Shown one piece after another: positions 24,896-39,203 of a stretch of 64,000 bases of DNA. The translations under genes were made by a program, and so were the position numbers. Below the pieces are notes generated by a model that was not told the DNA's origin, searched no databases, and was given only the letters and a program-made list of their open reading frames with translations. Position 1 is the stretch's first letter, and each line of letters opens with the position of its first letter. This DNA comes from Carcharhinus amblyrhynchos (taxonomy: Eukaryota): contig OZ336871.1 of assembly GCA_965287045.1 (NCBI GenBank), positions 97,712,001 through 97,776,000 of the forward strand, read 5' to 3'.

Positions 24896-26769
24896 TCAGT
24901 CTCTAAGCCCAGTGTCATTGCATCATAATTACATCAATAGTTATAACAGATGCTCCTGATGTTAACTCTACATCTTCCCCAGAACTTCATCCTAACTATA
25001 TACATTCTCCTACATCTCCCTACAAAGTCTCAGACCACACAGGTTAGTCTCTGTGATGCCTCGACCAATCTTCTGATCTCGTATTCATTTTGTTTCAAAG
25101 TTGAGGGTGAACTGGACTCTCATCATTCCATTAATCTTTCACTTGGGTGGATGTGGAATTCTATTCCTTTCAGGTTCTTTTTCTCCATCCAGATGTAAAT
25201 AGTATGTCCAAGGTTTTATTAGTTTCCTTCCCGATGATATCAAAGCTTTTCGGTTCCTCCTGATATTTCCCTGGCCTGTCCCAATTCTATAAGATCTTGC
25301 CGGTGGAGATCTTTCTATTACAATGCCTTCTTGCTGTTGATCTTGTATTCACACTTTCTCCCCAGTCCGTAGTACTTTCAAGTCTAGTGTTTTGTGCCTG
25401 ATATTGAAATTATGAGCTTGACTGTTTCTTTGTTGCCCCTCACACTTGCTAACGTTCTCATGATCATCGGAAGTAACGTTAGATTGTTGTGCTTGTAAGT
25501 TGTGTTTGCAGCCATCTGATGGTGAGATCAGATTTCTTTGACAGTGAGGTTCTGCTGTTGAGAAAGGTCAAGTTAATACCTTTGTTCTTTTTCATTCAAC
25601 TTCTTGATTGTTTGAACTTCTCTTTCTGCTTCTCCATTCAGCTGAAGATATCTAGACATACCAGCCACATGCAAGAAACCATGTGCCTGTGCAAATTTAT
25701 TGAACGGCTGATAAATCAATGAGGACTGTTGTCTGACACCAGAACATCCAGGATACCTTGTGTGGCGGAGATTATTTTTAGTGATGTAATGACTGCGTCT
25801 GCCGTGGTATTATGAAGTCTAATCACTACAAACCACCTGGAGTGGTACGCAAAGATAATGATGAAAACTTTGCCTTTAAACTCAAATAAATCCATTTGCA
25901 GGCACCACCATGACTTAAAAGGAAAAGTGAAAAGTACCAAAGGTTCACTCTGTAATCGGCTGTTCAAACATATAAACGTACAAATCTACAAACATACAAA
26001 TAGGCCGGTCACCAGTAAAAGGACACTTGGCCTCTTGAGCCAGCTCTGCCTGTAACCTGTCTGACTGTAACCTCCCGCTTAATGCCACTAATCTTTCACC
26101 TCCTGCAAGAGATTGGTTCAACTGCACCTGTATTGACTGGAATTTAGAAGTGTAAGGGGAATTTCTTGGGGTGTCCCATTGAGGGGTCTTGTAGGCATTC
26201 CTGTACTGTGTCTTGTAATTAGTCAACCAAACCCAGACCTTCTTCCCCTCATTGCCTAGTAACCTTACCTACGCAAATCTTATAGGTTCAAGGTTGCCCT
26301 TAATACCTGCAGTCCTGGGAACCAGAAAGGAATCATCTTCTCTGGTCTGTTTTCTCTCCTTTTATCAGTGGGGTTGAGTTAGTTATTCATTACTGGAGTT
26401 GAATCCTTTTATTCATTTCAATAACCTTGGTTGCTTGTAATTGACTGCCCCTGATAATAGAATATACGCTCTATACTTCATTGTTCCAAAAGAATGTGGT
26501 CTGTCTAATTAAACTTATTTCCCATAATGCTAAGGAGTAAATTGCTTGTTGGCCAAAGCTCACAAGAAAATACAAAAATACAGTTTAAATCTAATAATAC
26601 TTGTTAAAAAATGATTGTATATGTGCTTATACAGACAATATCTTTGTATGATATATATGAGGCACATTGTAATACTTTTGGTATATAAGCACACTGTGAT
26701 CCCCATTTTAAACTAATCTACTTGTTTCAATAGTCCCTAAAGCAGGATTTCAGTATCCCCTGCTACAAG

Positions 26770-27150
26770 AATGGTCAAAGGAGATCTGATTGAAATATAT
26801 AAAATTCTAACTGGGCTGGATAGACTAGATGCAGGGAGGATGTTTTCCCTGATTTGGAAAACCAGGACCAGGGGCACAGTCTCCAGATACAGTGTAATCC
26901 ATTTGGGACTGAGATAAGGAAAGATATCTTCACTCATAGAGAATTCCACAGGTTCTCTACCCTAACGCAGAAGTCTATGGAGGCCACGTCACTGAATATA
27001 TTCAAGAAAGAGATGGTTTTTTTTAAGATTTTAATGGGGAGAAAGTGGGAATATAGCACTGAGGTAGAGGATCAGCCATGATCATATTGAATGGTGGAGC
27101 AGACTTGAAGGGCCAAATGACTTACTCCTGCTCGATGTTTCTATGTTTAT
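26770..27150 (+). mobile_element. CR1 3' fragment
   Basis: ggagatctgattgaaatatataaaattc; tail ctcctgctc..tttctatgttt. Confidence 0.8.
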
Positions 27151-27154
27151 CAAG

Positions 27155-29500
27155 ATGCTACTTACCTCTGCCTTGAAAACATTCAAAGACTCTTCTGCCA
27201 CTGCCTTTTGAGGAAGAAAATTCCAAAGATTCATGACCCTCAGAAAAAAAAATCTTCTCATTTCTGTCTCAAATGGGCAACTACTTATTTATAAATAATG
27301 ACCCCTACTTCCAGATTCTCCCACAGGAGGAAACATCCACTCCACATCCACCCTGTCAAGGCCATCAGCATCTTGAATATTTCAATCGTTGCCTATTTTT
27401 CTTCTAAACTCCATTGGCCACAAGCCAAGCCTGTCCAATCTTTCCTCATAAGACAACCACTGTGACTGGTATTAGTTTAGTAAATCATCTCTGAACTGCT
27501 TTTAATGCATTTACGTCCTTCCTTAGATAAGGAGACTGATACTGTACACAATACTCCAGATGTGGTCTCACCAGTGTCCTCCCTACTGTATACTCAATTC
27601 CCATTGCAATAATTGATAAAATTATTTAAGGTTTCCTAATTAACTACTTACAATGTTTGCATTCTAGCCATTTGTGATCCATGCATTCGAACTCCCAGAT
27701 CTCTATGAATCTCAGAATTCCATTATTTCTCATCATTGAGCAAATTTGCTTCCTTTTTATTTTTCCTGCCAAGATGAATAATTTCACTTTTCCCACATTG
27801 GCCAGACCTTTGCCCACTTGCTTAACCTATCTATGTCCCTCTATATCTTCATGTCCTCTTCACAACTTACTTTCCTACTTATCTTTGTATCATCAGCAAA
27901 TTTAGCAACCATATCTTCAATCCCTTCATCCAAATCATAGCAATATGTCACCCCTGACACCACAAGCTATTATTTTCTGCAATAACTTTTGACATGGAAC
28001 CTTAGCAAATGTCATTTACCAGTACATCTACCAGTCCCCCTTTTATTCACAGCACATATGACTTCTTCAAAGAATTGAAATACACTTTTTAAACATGATT
28101 TCCCATTTACAAAACTATGTTGACTCTGCCTAACTGCCTTGAATTTTCTAAGTGCCCTACCATAATGTTTTAATAATAGCTTACATTATTTTCCCTATGA
28201 CAGGTGTTAGGCTAACTGGCCTGTAGTTTTCTGCTTTCTGTCTCCTTCCCTTTTTGAATAAAGGAGTTACATTTGCTATTTTCCAATCAAATGGAACCTT
28301 CTCTAAATCCGGGGAATTTTGGGAAATTAAAACCAACACATCAATTATCTTGCTAATCAGTTCTTTTAAGATCCTAGGACAAAATCCATCAGGACCTGGG
28401 GATTTGTCAGCCTGCATCTTCAACAATTTGCCAAGTACTACTTCCCTGATGAGTGTAATTGTCCTGAATTCGACCTTCCCTTCCAATTACTGATTTCCAG
28501 TTATTTCTGTGATATTACTTGTATGCTTTATCTTCAGATTTGATGCAAGATACCTAGTCAATTCATCTTTCATTATCCATTATTAATTCCCCAGATTTCC
28601 CCACTTTCCATAGGATCAATGCTCACATTGTTAACTCTTTTCTTATTTAAGGATCTATAGAAAGGCTTACTGTCTATTTTTATATTTTTAGCTTTCGCAC
28701 ATGCGCTAATTTTTTATTTTTGTTATTCTTTGCTGTTCTTTATATTCAGCTCAATCTGCTGATCTGAAAACATTCTTTGAACTCCTTAACTAGGCTAAAT
28801 TTGCTCATCTGATTTCTTGTGGATTAAAATTCCTCATTATTATCGCAGTATCTTTCTGACAAACTCCCATTATTCCTCCCTTTATACTCTGTCATACTAT
28901 GTAGTTACAATGAAGGGGCCTATACAGCACTCCCACAAGTGACTTCTTGTCTTTATTATCTCTCATTTCAGTCCTCACCACTTGTACATGCTGGTTTCCT
29001 GAAGTTAGGTCATCCCTCTCTAATGTGCTAATAGCATCATTAATTAACAATGCCAACCCTCCACCTTTTTCAAGCATTCTGTCCTTCCTTAAAGTCACAT
29101 ATCCATGAGACCATAAGTATAAGACCATAAGATGTAGGAGCAAAAGTAGGTCATTCAGCTTATTGAGTCTGCCACTCAATGAGAGTGACCTGATAATCCC
29201 CAACAGCATTTGCTCGCCTTATCCCCATAACCACTGATTCCATTACCAATTAAAATGTTTCGATCCTACCCATCGATATTCAGTCCCAATCTATGTCAAT
29301 GAGCAGCCTTGTCTCTCTAATGACTATCAGATCATAACTATTTATTTCTATTTGCACCATCAGTTAATCTGTTTTGTTTTGAATATATGCATTTAGATAC
29401 TGCTTTGTATTTTTATTATTTTTGTAACCTCTAGCCTTGATTGCTATTTTACTTTTTAATTTGTACTCTTTATCCTTTCCTGTCACATTCTATACATCAT
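27155..29500 (-). mobile_element. Long degenerate CR1 LINE (EN to RT) with a small CR1 tail insert at about 29110-29260
   Basis: DKSPGPDG..WKIANVTPLFKKG..NYRPVSLT; RKDR..GGGLALLI..LVGVLYRP (APE endonuclease). Confidence 0.85.
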
Positions 29501-31619
29501 TTCCTAGTCACTGCAATGGAAAGCAATTCATGTGTAACTCTTCAATGCAGTGACTGATGCCAGGTCACCAGACTGACTGCTGAGCTCTTGCTCAGCATTT
29601 CACTATTCCCAAGTGACACTGATCGATTTTCTAGAGAACGTCAAGTCAAAGTGTTTTAGGGATGACTAATTTGTTGTCAAAAACTAAGAATGCGTTGATG
29701 TTTGTGAGATGTTTTCTCTGTTCAAAGAATTGGTGAAGTACTGGGTTGTTAGGAGTTAATCTGGCCACCTGTTTTAGCAATACATTTTATCTTGATGTAC
29801 AAATCACCTTTCTGTTGTGCTTGTTTAATTTCTTGTAATTGCTTCTCAGTGGCAGGTAAGTGTTTAGTAATGAGCAAAGTATACACTTCCACTTCTGCAT
29901 AATAAAATTAAAACTTTCCAGTTGGACTCCTTCCACTCGTATTCTTGATAATGCATCTGTCGTTTTCCGGTACCTCCCTGGAACATAATCAGTAACTGAA
30001 TTGTATGTCAAGTCCCAGTCTAAAATATTGAATTCTAGGTGACATTTTTGCAAGTTTCTTTAGATTACGAGTGATCAAAGATCTGTGGTTGTTTTTTTTA
30101 AAATTTAATTCCATGATACAAGAGAACTTTTCAAAGGCCCATGTGGCTATAAATGCTTCTTTCTCAATGGCTGCTTACCTCTTCTCTGTGTTACTGAGAG
30201 ATTTTGAGGTATAATAAACTGGGCTTCTTTATCTTTTTTTAAAATTTGAAACAACAGTGCATCCAAGCCCGTGGATGGTGTGTTAGCTACTACCCATTAT
30301 TGGCAATTACGGATCATAATGTATGAGATCTGTACATTAGGAGAAAGTAGGAGACTTTCGATCTTGCCAAAAGCATTAGCTGGTCCACATTCCAGACCTT
30401 GTCTGAACAGCTTTTATAGCAACTCATTGACTTCCACCAAGTCTGGAAGGGGTTTGCCTATTTGATTGACCACCCCATGAAATCTTCGTTTCTAAGCTGT
30501 GCAAACTCTCTAATGATCTTGGTTTTTCTGTGTGTCAGCCATAGTTCTTGAAGCTCACATAGTGTGTCTTTAAGTTTTATCATAGGTTTTGAAAAGTCAC
30601 ATTTGTCATTTAATGTAAAGTCGGCTTCTTGACAGACTTTGAGCACAGCTCTCACTTGGCGGTCGTGCTCTACATGATCTGTGTTCATGAATGCCATCCA
30701 TTTGGCATATTACTCTTTTCATGGCTTCCAGGGTCTGAGATATTGTCCTTTGGAAGAGCTCAGGTGTAGAAGCAATTTCAAATGGTAACTGGTTAGAACA
30801 ATAGCAACTAAATGGGGTGATAAAATAATTAACAATCTGGAATCTTTGTCTAGAGTTAACTTGCAAAAGGTGCTTTTAGCATCCAATTTTGTGAAGAGGC
30901 TGTTTTTGCTAATTTAGTGAGATTTTCATTCAGTGAAGCCATCAGATGGACCTCGTGTTCTCGTGACTTGTTTAATTGAATCAGGTTCACACAAATTCTG
31001 AGTATTAAGTAATGTGACCATTCCAGAATAGAACTGTTCTTCAAAATGTCCTCTCCAGCAAGCACCAACTGGCTCCTGGTTATATGTGTTGAACCTCTTG
31101 ACAGCACTGAAGAAACCATGCGTATTATTAGTGTCTATGAGTTGTTGGATCCCCTAAGCTCTTTGTGATCCATTATTTGTTCTTTATGTCATGGGGTGAT
31201 GCTGTACCACTGCCTACAACCCTCGTAGGACTGCTGCTTCTCTTGAGCCACGGTGAAGGTTCCAGTCAATGAAAGTTTTATGCCATGCTCAATTAGATCC
31301 TGAAAGGTCCTTGGTCATTTTTGTTGAACCAAGCATATTTTCTGATAGAGAGGTCAAGGACCTCTTCACAGCTGCATGTAATTGTGGACTTTAGATTCAA
31401 CCAGGCACACTGTAACTCCTGGCAGCTGGAGGTTAAAAGGTGAGGTGAGGTACTGACTGCAAAGGGCCATCTGGGTGTATCTTTGAGTCCTTCAATGTTA
31501 ATTGTCTTGTGACATTCCTTCTATTGCCTCTGCTGTTTGGGGGCCGGGCTGAGATAGTGATGCAGATAAAGTCTAGCAGTCGTTCAATACTTGCCATGGC
31601 ACGTATCCCTCATCTGATA

Positions 31620-33128
31620 ACAAGTGCGCATGCCAAGTGATCTCAGGGACACAGATTGTGATTATATTCTACAAGAGAAACAAGACTGATTGTGGTAACC
31701 ACAAAGAGGTCCGCCTGTTGTGGGCTAAAGAAAAGATCTTTGCAAGGATCCTCCTCAAATGCCTCCACCAAGTGGTTGAGGAACTTGTTCTAGAGTCACA
31801 GTACAGCTTTAACCCATCGAAAGGCACCACAGACATGATCTTCACTTCATGGCATATTCATGAAAGGTGCAAGAAACAGTACCAACCATTGTATGTGGCT
31901 TTTTTGACCCAATAAAACTTTCATTCTGTCAACTGTGAAGGTTTATAGGGTATTCTCCTCAAATTTGGCTGCCCTCAGAAAATTGATATCATCTTGTGCC
32001 TATTCCATGATGATATGCAAGATGTGATCCTCCCCAGTGGAAGACTGGGATTAAACAACTCTTCTCCATTTAGTTTTGTTGCAATATAACACCTCACCTA
32101 CAGCAAATTGCCCACAAGCATGGAGATAATCTGCAGACCAGATAGGAAACTGTTCAATCTATGCTGCCTTCAGTCCAAAACCACTCCAACCTCAGTCATA
32201 GAATTTCAGTATGCAGCTGAATCTAGTGTGTATGCTCACTCAGAAACTATACTCCAGTTGACTCCTTCTCTGAAGCATATGAGAAAACGGGCCTTTCTTG
32301 AAATACCAGGAAACCTGACAACCAGCTCACTCACCCCCACCCCCACTCCCTCTCCCCACTCAGTCAATTATGATCAATTGCAAGATGCCAGAAAATGCAG
32401 ACCATTGGCTGTACCATGAGAGCCTCCTCTTAACAAAGGCAGACATAGATGACAAAATTTATTATTGCCTTCGATATGCTAGCTTAGCCTTTGGCCAACT
32501 GGGGAATAGGACCACAAATCAGACGGTAGACAGCAGTGAACCCCACACTCCTATATGTGACTTGGACAACCTATAGCAGTAGAGAAATACCATCAGTGGT
32601 ACCTTCACAAGATTCTCCAAACCTGTTGACAAGAATGGCAATTCCACAGCAGCGTCCTCTCTCGAGCCAACTTGTCCAGCACTGTATTGGCACAAACACC
32701 CTTACTTGGATGGGAAAAGTAGTTTGCATGCCTGACACCAAACTCACAAAGCAACTGCTGTACTTAGAACTCAGCCACTACAGGACACTACCAGATGGAC
32801 AGTTTTGGGCATGCCATGAAAGCATCCCTGAAGAGTCAAACATCTCTGTCGACTCACAGGAGTCCTTGTCTTGTGACTTACAAAAATAGAGAAGATTTCT
32901 TTGTGAAGGCACTGAACACATCGAGAGAATTTGTTGGCAACATGCAAAGGCTAAGTCAAGGAAATGAAAGGAGTGTAAAAACCTCCAAATATTCCAACCC
33001 TTCTAGCACCACCTGCCCCACATGTGGCACAGTCTGCAGAGATCATTCATTTATCAGCCACCTCAGAACCTATTGAACCAGAGTGGGAACAAGTCATCCT
33101 CAAACCTGACGGACGACCTAAGAAGAAT
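31620..33128 (+). mobile_element. Degenerate RTE-clade LINE
   Basis: KTDCGNH..KIFARILL..ESQ..F..KGTTDMIF..QPLYVAF; C-terminal CPTCG..SHLRT; (AAG)n tail. Confidence 0.85.
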
Positions 33129-35444
33129 CTGCATCTTGCTGATAGCTGCATTCCTTTATTCTACTGCCATTGTGTTATCCCTAATATGTATTTCATCTTC
33201 CCATTTTCCCTCTCTGTTTTTCCAAAGATATTATAGCCCGGAATGATTAATTTCCAGTCCTGATTTTTTGATAGCACGTCTCAGTAATTCCTAGTATGTT
33301 TGGTTCTTCCTAACACGTGATTACTTCCAACTGCCATTTTATCATGAACACTCTGCATTGCTGTACACACATTTGTTTTACGTTTAAACATCTTTTTAGA
33401 CTCCTCATCTGTAACTCTTGTTCCTTTGCCGTCATCATCCTCCCTTACTTGATTCTTTCCTCATTCTCCTTTCTTTACATTTGCTTACATTTCTTTCAGA
33501 TCCCTTCCCTTATGCTGCTAGTTTAAAGTCTTTTGCCATTTTTCTATTTAGCTTTTCCGTTAGGATACAAATCCCATCCTGGTTTAGGTGTGATTGGAAC
33601 AGCTCCTTTCTGTCTCAGAACTGGTGCCGTAAAAGGAACCCCTTTTTAACAAACCACCCCTTTAGCTTGAGCAAGTGTGTTGCTGGGTCAACAGATTGGA
33701 TGCAGGATGCAACATCTGACCTACCCAGTTAAAACTGAGTAAGGTTCCTAAAAGCATTATAGGATTCCAGTATGTATGCCCACCTATCTCAACCACCTGA
33801 AGTTACATGGCAGCCAGTATGTTTACAATGGGAATGGGGCATTAAGTGACACTGATATACATTACAGACATAATGACCCTTTGACATAAATCACATCCAT
33901 CAGATGAAGGGAATAAAGATCAACCTCATTTTTAAAAATCTGAAATTTTAGCTTTAATCGAATAGTGATTATTTATAATCCACATTTCTGAAAGTCTATT
34001 AAGTATACTATAGAAGTTGAATTAGCTGCATTTATACATCGTTTTAATACTGGTTAAAAAAAAAGGTCAAAAAGTGTCAGTGATACTTGATTTTGATTTA
34101 TGAAGTATAAAGATCAACGAAGGCCCCATATTTTCCATAACATGAAAAAGTACGACCGTCAATTATACATAACGCAACAGTATGTCAAGTTGTGCTAGTG
34201 TAAATAATTTAGTGCATTCTTTATGATAACCATTCCTCAAGAGAGAAAGAGCCAAGGGGGAAGAAAGGATGTAAATTCCAATTCTTGTTAACAGAATAGT
34301 GTCATCTTGACATTTTTTTCCAATCTTTATTTTTAGAAGAGAGAAAGTTTTAATCACAACGATACCAAGATCAAGAAAGTAATTATGTGTTTTGAAATTA
34401 TTTATATCATTGTATGATGAGAAAAGTTAGGTGGAGAAGGCCATTTGTACCATCTTAACCTATCCATCCACAATAATGTGGACAAAGATTGTTCACAGTG
34501 TAGTGCAATCACGCAAACACTTAACACATTTGCATAGAGTTTCAGTGTCCAATATTTTGATGGAAATAGTCACCTATCTAAGATGAATGGATTAATGGTT
34601 CCCATACCCATGCAATACATGTGGTCCTTTGTATCCACTAGCCTCCCAAAATGACTCTAACTCTTTCACATTTATTAACCTAGCATAAATCCCTCTTTGT
34701 GTGATCAACTACAGCACCGTCCTTAATTTGCCTTTCACCAGTTTGAAGATGTGTTTACTAGTCCCACTTTCATTATTTGCCTTATGGTGCTCTGCATCTA
34801 CCCCTTGTGTATAGTTTAATAGGGTGGATATTCTGGTTGGTTAAGGTCTGTGTGAATACTTAATCTGTATTCATGCTCCCTTCCTGTGCGTGCGATTTCA
34901 TACAACCTTTAACTTGCTTATTTCAAATGGCCTAATTTAAACCTCGATAAAAATAGACCACCATGAATGTAGTAATAGAACATTAGATGTTGGTGCATAA
35001 AGTTTGCTGATCTTAAATCTCATATAGCCACTCTTGTGTATCTTTAACGTCAAATGCAATGGAAAATTTGAAGAAGCAAACAAAGGGCAAAGACCCATAT
35101 TCCCAATTTACCTCAGACCCATATCTGTCTCAGAAGAAAAACCAACGTCTCTTTAATCTGCTTTTAACTAGAAATGTTTGTTGTGATGTGTACAACAGTA
35201 TTTAGATCAATAATATTTCCAAGTGAACAAAAGAAAACAAAAAGAAAATTGATATAAAAACAGATGGCTCCATTTGCCAATGAGGGGAACAAGAATTAAA
35301 AAGGGAATAAGTACTTAGGTCAGGTATTCTTCATTTTGCAGTTGGACCTCTGCATATAAAAGGCATGAACTGTTCCACCCCAATGTACCACCAATTTAAC
35401 TAAGAGATACCGTACGTCCAAACAAAACATCCAGGTCAGGTGCA

Positions 35445-35575
35445 TTTGCCATGCTAAATTCTCCCTCAATGTACCCAAATAGGTGCCGGAGTGTGGCAAC
35501 TCAGGGATTTTCACAATAACTTCATTGCAGTGTTAATGTAAGCCTGCTGGTGACACCAATAAATAAATTTAACAT
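35445..35575 (+). mobile_element. SINE/LINE 3' tail fragment
   Basis: ggagtgtggcaactcagggattttcaca..gtgttaatgtaagcct..aataaataaa. Confidence 0.5.
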
Positions 35576-36379
35576 AAACCCACAATGTAATGATGAGACC
35601 CACTTATAATCCAAGCTAAAGATGGAGTTAAATTAGATCAAGTACTGCCTGCTCCTGGGCATTACACAGCCACGACCTAAAGATGGAGTCTGAGATGTGC
35701 ACATGTATTTTCAAAAACAAGTGTACAGAACGCCATTTAACCACCATTAGCAACAGCATGCGAAGCAGGGGAATGATGATGTAAATCAGTGTGTAAAGCT
35801 GACATGTTGAAACTTCTCACTTCAGCCAATCCCCTGTCTTAACCTTGCACAGCTGAATATGACATTAAACAGTATAAATAGCCCTGGCACTACTTAAAAT
35901 TACCTTGACGTACTTACAAGTGAATTTCCAGATTATTTCTCATGATTATTGGTGCAGGTTTACATGTTTTTGGAGGTTTCTCATATTTAACTGCAGCTGA
36001 AGTACTCTATAGGGACTAGTTTGGTTGGTCTTGCAGTTTATTTTTTGTCTTATAAAATTTTGTGCTAAAATGAGTTGCTTCCAGACTTACATGGGTTACT
36101 AGGGCTTCCTCTTGAAACTGGGCATGACTGGGAGAATGAAGAGACCCCACAGAGCAGAAAAAAAATCTTTCAACCTACTGTTCTAGAAATAAGCAATTTG
36201 TAATTTTGCATTCCCTCTCGCCAGATAAGCAAATGGAGCAAGCAAGAGAGGTTTTACAGACCACAGGCCCTTCTTCCAAACTCGAATTGTTGGCTCTATT
36301 CTCTCTCCACAAATGCTGTCAGCCCCAGAGATTTTCCAGTATTTCCTATTCTTGTCCTCATCCTAAATGATGGGTGAGC

Positions 36380-37025
36380 TCAGCGTGCAATGCAAAAGCA
36401 AATGCTAAGACATTTGCAACCATTTTCAGCCTGAAGGGCTTCTCCTGAGGTCCCCAGCGTCACAGTGCCAGTCTTCAGCCAATTTGATTATTTATGATAT
36501 CAGCAGCTGAAGGTTAGAATTCTTGGGATTCTGAGGCAACTAACTCACATCCTGACCGCCATTTACAAGTGACAAGTCAGGATGGAATACCTTTGATTTA
36601 CCTGGATCAGTACAGCTTCAACAACACTCAAGAAGCTTGACACCACCCATGACAAGGCAGCCCACTTAATTGGCACCCCATTCACCAACTTCGACATTCA
36701 CTCCCTTCACCACTGAGGCACAGGGGCAACAGTGTGTATCATCTACCAGATGTACTGCAGCAACTCGCCGAGACTCCTTCAATAGCACCTTTTAAACCCA
36801 CGACCTAGGACAAGTACAGCAGCTGCATTGGAACACCACCATCTGCAAACTGCCCTCAAGTAACATGCCATCCTTTACTGTCAGTGGAACTCATTCCCTA
36901 ATAGCACTCTGTGTGGACAACAGCAGTTCAAGAAGGTATCTCACCACCACCTTCTCAAGGGGCAATTAGGGATGGCAATAAATGGCCCAGCCAGTGATGC
37001 CTACATCCTGTAATTGAATAAAAGA
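36380..37025 (+). mobile_element. Old CR1-clade LINE 3' part (second family)
   Basis: tail ctcaccaccaccttctcaaggggcaattagggatggcaataaat, shared with 43277-43595. Confidence 0.7.
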
Positions 37026-37179
37026 AAATATTAGGACAGGTGAGGTGGATTTTAAGAGTGTCTTAAAGGAGGCTGCCTCCTCAAAGACAATTAGAGATGG
37101 ACATTTTAATCTTTGTATCTGAATTTCAATTAAAAATTTTTTAATTGAAAAATTTTCAAATAAAACTTTTAGCTAAGAA

Positions 37180-37490
37180 CAGAGGAAGGCCATTCGGCCC
37201 TACAAGTCTGCAACAACTCTCCAAAAGACTATCTCATTCAAGGTCATCCCTCCCTCACACACCCAGGCATCCACCAGTGACAAAGCATCCAATCTATACA
37301 TCAGTGAACACCAAAGGGCAATCCACCTAAATTGTATAGCTTTGAATTGTGGGAGAAAACTGGAGCACCTGGAAAAACCCACACAGACATGGGGAGAATG
37401 TGCAAATTCCACATGGCTACCCAAGGCCAGAATCAATCCGGAATTCCTGGCATTGTGAGGCAGCAGTGCTAACCACTGTGCCAACATACC
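37180..37490 (-). mobile_element. HE1-type SINE
   Basis: gggagaaaactggagcacctgga..ggcagcagtgctaaccactgtgcc. Confidence 0.85.
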
Positions 37491-38027
37491 GTCCACATCC
37501 TACAGGCACAGTACATCACATTCTCTCACACCAAGCCTTCTAGAATACCAACAAAAATCCTTGGTGCACTCTCTCCTGTGGGTTGTTCCACCTTGAAAAA
37601 AATTCCTCGAAATCAATTCACTTCCTGCCACCGTTTTCAACAGCCACAATGCATTTCCCTGGAGGAGCAGCTGGAAACCTTTAAGGTGAACGAGCCACTC
37701 GCATTATTGTTAGCGGCATTTATTTCTTTCATAATGATAAATGTAAGCTGGCTGTGGCGGGGACTCAGGCTGGTAAGAAGGTGGAACTACAAAATGAGGC
37801 TCATACTGAAGTTTTGAAGAGACAGTTTCATCTAAACAAACACATTCGTACATGAGAGAGCAGGCCAATGAGATAGCAGACACACTGAACTAGATAATGA
37901 ACACTCAGGAATGTGTGAATGCCCTTCTTCCTGCCCCAAGATAGTGTAATAGTACCCGTTGTTGGTATACATCTGAGGAAGCTGTCCCTGCTTAGGGCAG
38001 GATATGACTACATACGCATTCTTTGAT

Positions 38028-39203
38028 TGTTACTGTTTGTTAGATAGAAGGATACATATATACATTGCAGCTTTGATATTAAGGGTTGAATTGTTAAATG
38101 GGCACCTAGATTTGAATCAGTGACCACTTGGTATGCAAACTAATGCTCTACCATTGAATTATATCCCCTCCAAGGCCACAAAGGGGTGGTCCTTGATGGG
38201 ATTAATAAGCCAAACAGGCGATCCAGTTCAAAGTATTAACTTATAAGCTAAAGGTCAGGTTAAGGAAAGTGTTTGAAGACCAAGCCTGAAGGACATTGTT
38301 GCTGCAATCAATAGACTGGCCTTAGTCATTCCAAAGTCATTATGGGAGATCTATTGAAGGGTTGCCCACCTAAGATGGACCCTAGCTCAAACAGCTGTGG
38401 CCAAACGGGCCATCTAAAATGGTGTTTTGTAAAGTACTCTGGGACAGTTGGGCAAGAATTAAACAGACAGGCTGCAGCCTAAAAGACAAACAGGCTGCAA
38501 CCCTGACGAGTGAATAAACAGGATATGGGTCTTCTCCAGGATGAAAGGGACTTGATAGTCACACTGGTTTGTTTCATCTCCAGGATGAAAGAGACTTTCT
38601 GGTCACACTGGGTTGTTTACCAGACATAAGGGCACAGTGACCCCTTATTTAGGAGGGAGGTATGTAACCTATGTGCCTCCAGCACCTACAGACATGGCCA
38701 TTGGGGTCACACCCAGAGATCGGTATGGTAGCACCTGATTGGATTCTTATCGATCAGGGGAATCAAGTCCTAATCAATTGATCGGCAATGGTCAAAAGGG
38801 GCGTGAAACCAAACAGGGTATAACCAGGAATCTCTCTCTCTCTCTGACCTCACAAACAAGCTACAATAATGGTGACCATCACCAGAACGAGGAGAGCCAC
38901 CACACCGGAGAAGGAAGGAAGAAAGACCAGAGCCACAGTGCCACATCAGATCAAAGGACCAAACTACGCAGACGACTAGCAAGACCAGTGCACAGATAAA
39001 GGTTAGTATCTGCTTGGGTACTTGCCAGTCACGCAAAGTTAAGTCAGGGTCCTGTATTGGATTTGAACTTCAGTATTTTTCTGTAAGATAACTTATTGTT
39101 GGTCAGGTGGGTGATTATTGATTGTGTGGGTTTAAATAAATATTGTTTGTACTAACAAGACATCTACTCGTAGTCATTTGTCCACCTTATAAGAGTTAAA
39201 ACA
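38028..39203 (+). mobile_element. Solo LTR-like element
   Basis: TGTT...AACA ends, internal 39-bp imperfect direct repeats (38536-38574 and 38580-38618), TATAA at about 38819, AATAAA at 39135; no TSD found. Confidence 0.45.
38097..38168 (-). pseudogene. tRNA-Cys(GCA)-derived pseudogene
   Basis: 72-nt ungapped match to vertebrate tRNA-Cys as recalled (about 55/72 identical by hand); GCA anticodon kept, stems and B box degraded. Confidence 0.75.

Larger units (their letters stand above)
24677..31560 (-). mobile_element. Fragmented Gypsy LTR retrotransposon (RT/RNase H about 29560-31560; integrase about 25030-25910; probable 3' LTR about 24677-24972)
   Basis: RICVNLIQLNK, LPFEIASTPELFQR, FTLNDKCDFS (RT); DLFEFKGK..SRW..LVSDNSP (integrase); purine tract GGGGAAGA then TG at 24972; interrupted by CR1s. 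Confidence 0.75.
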
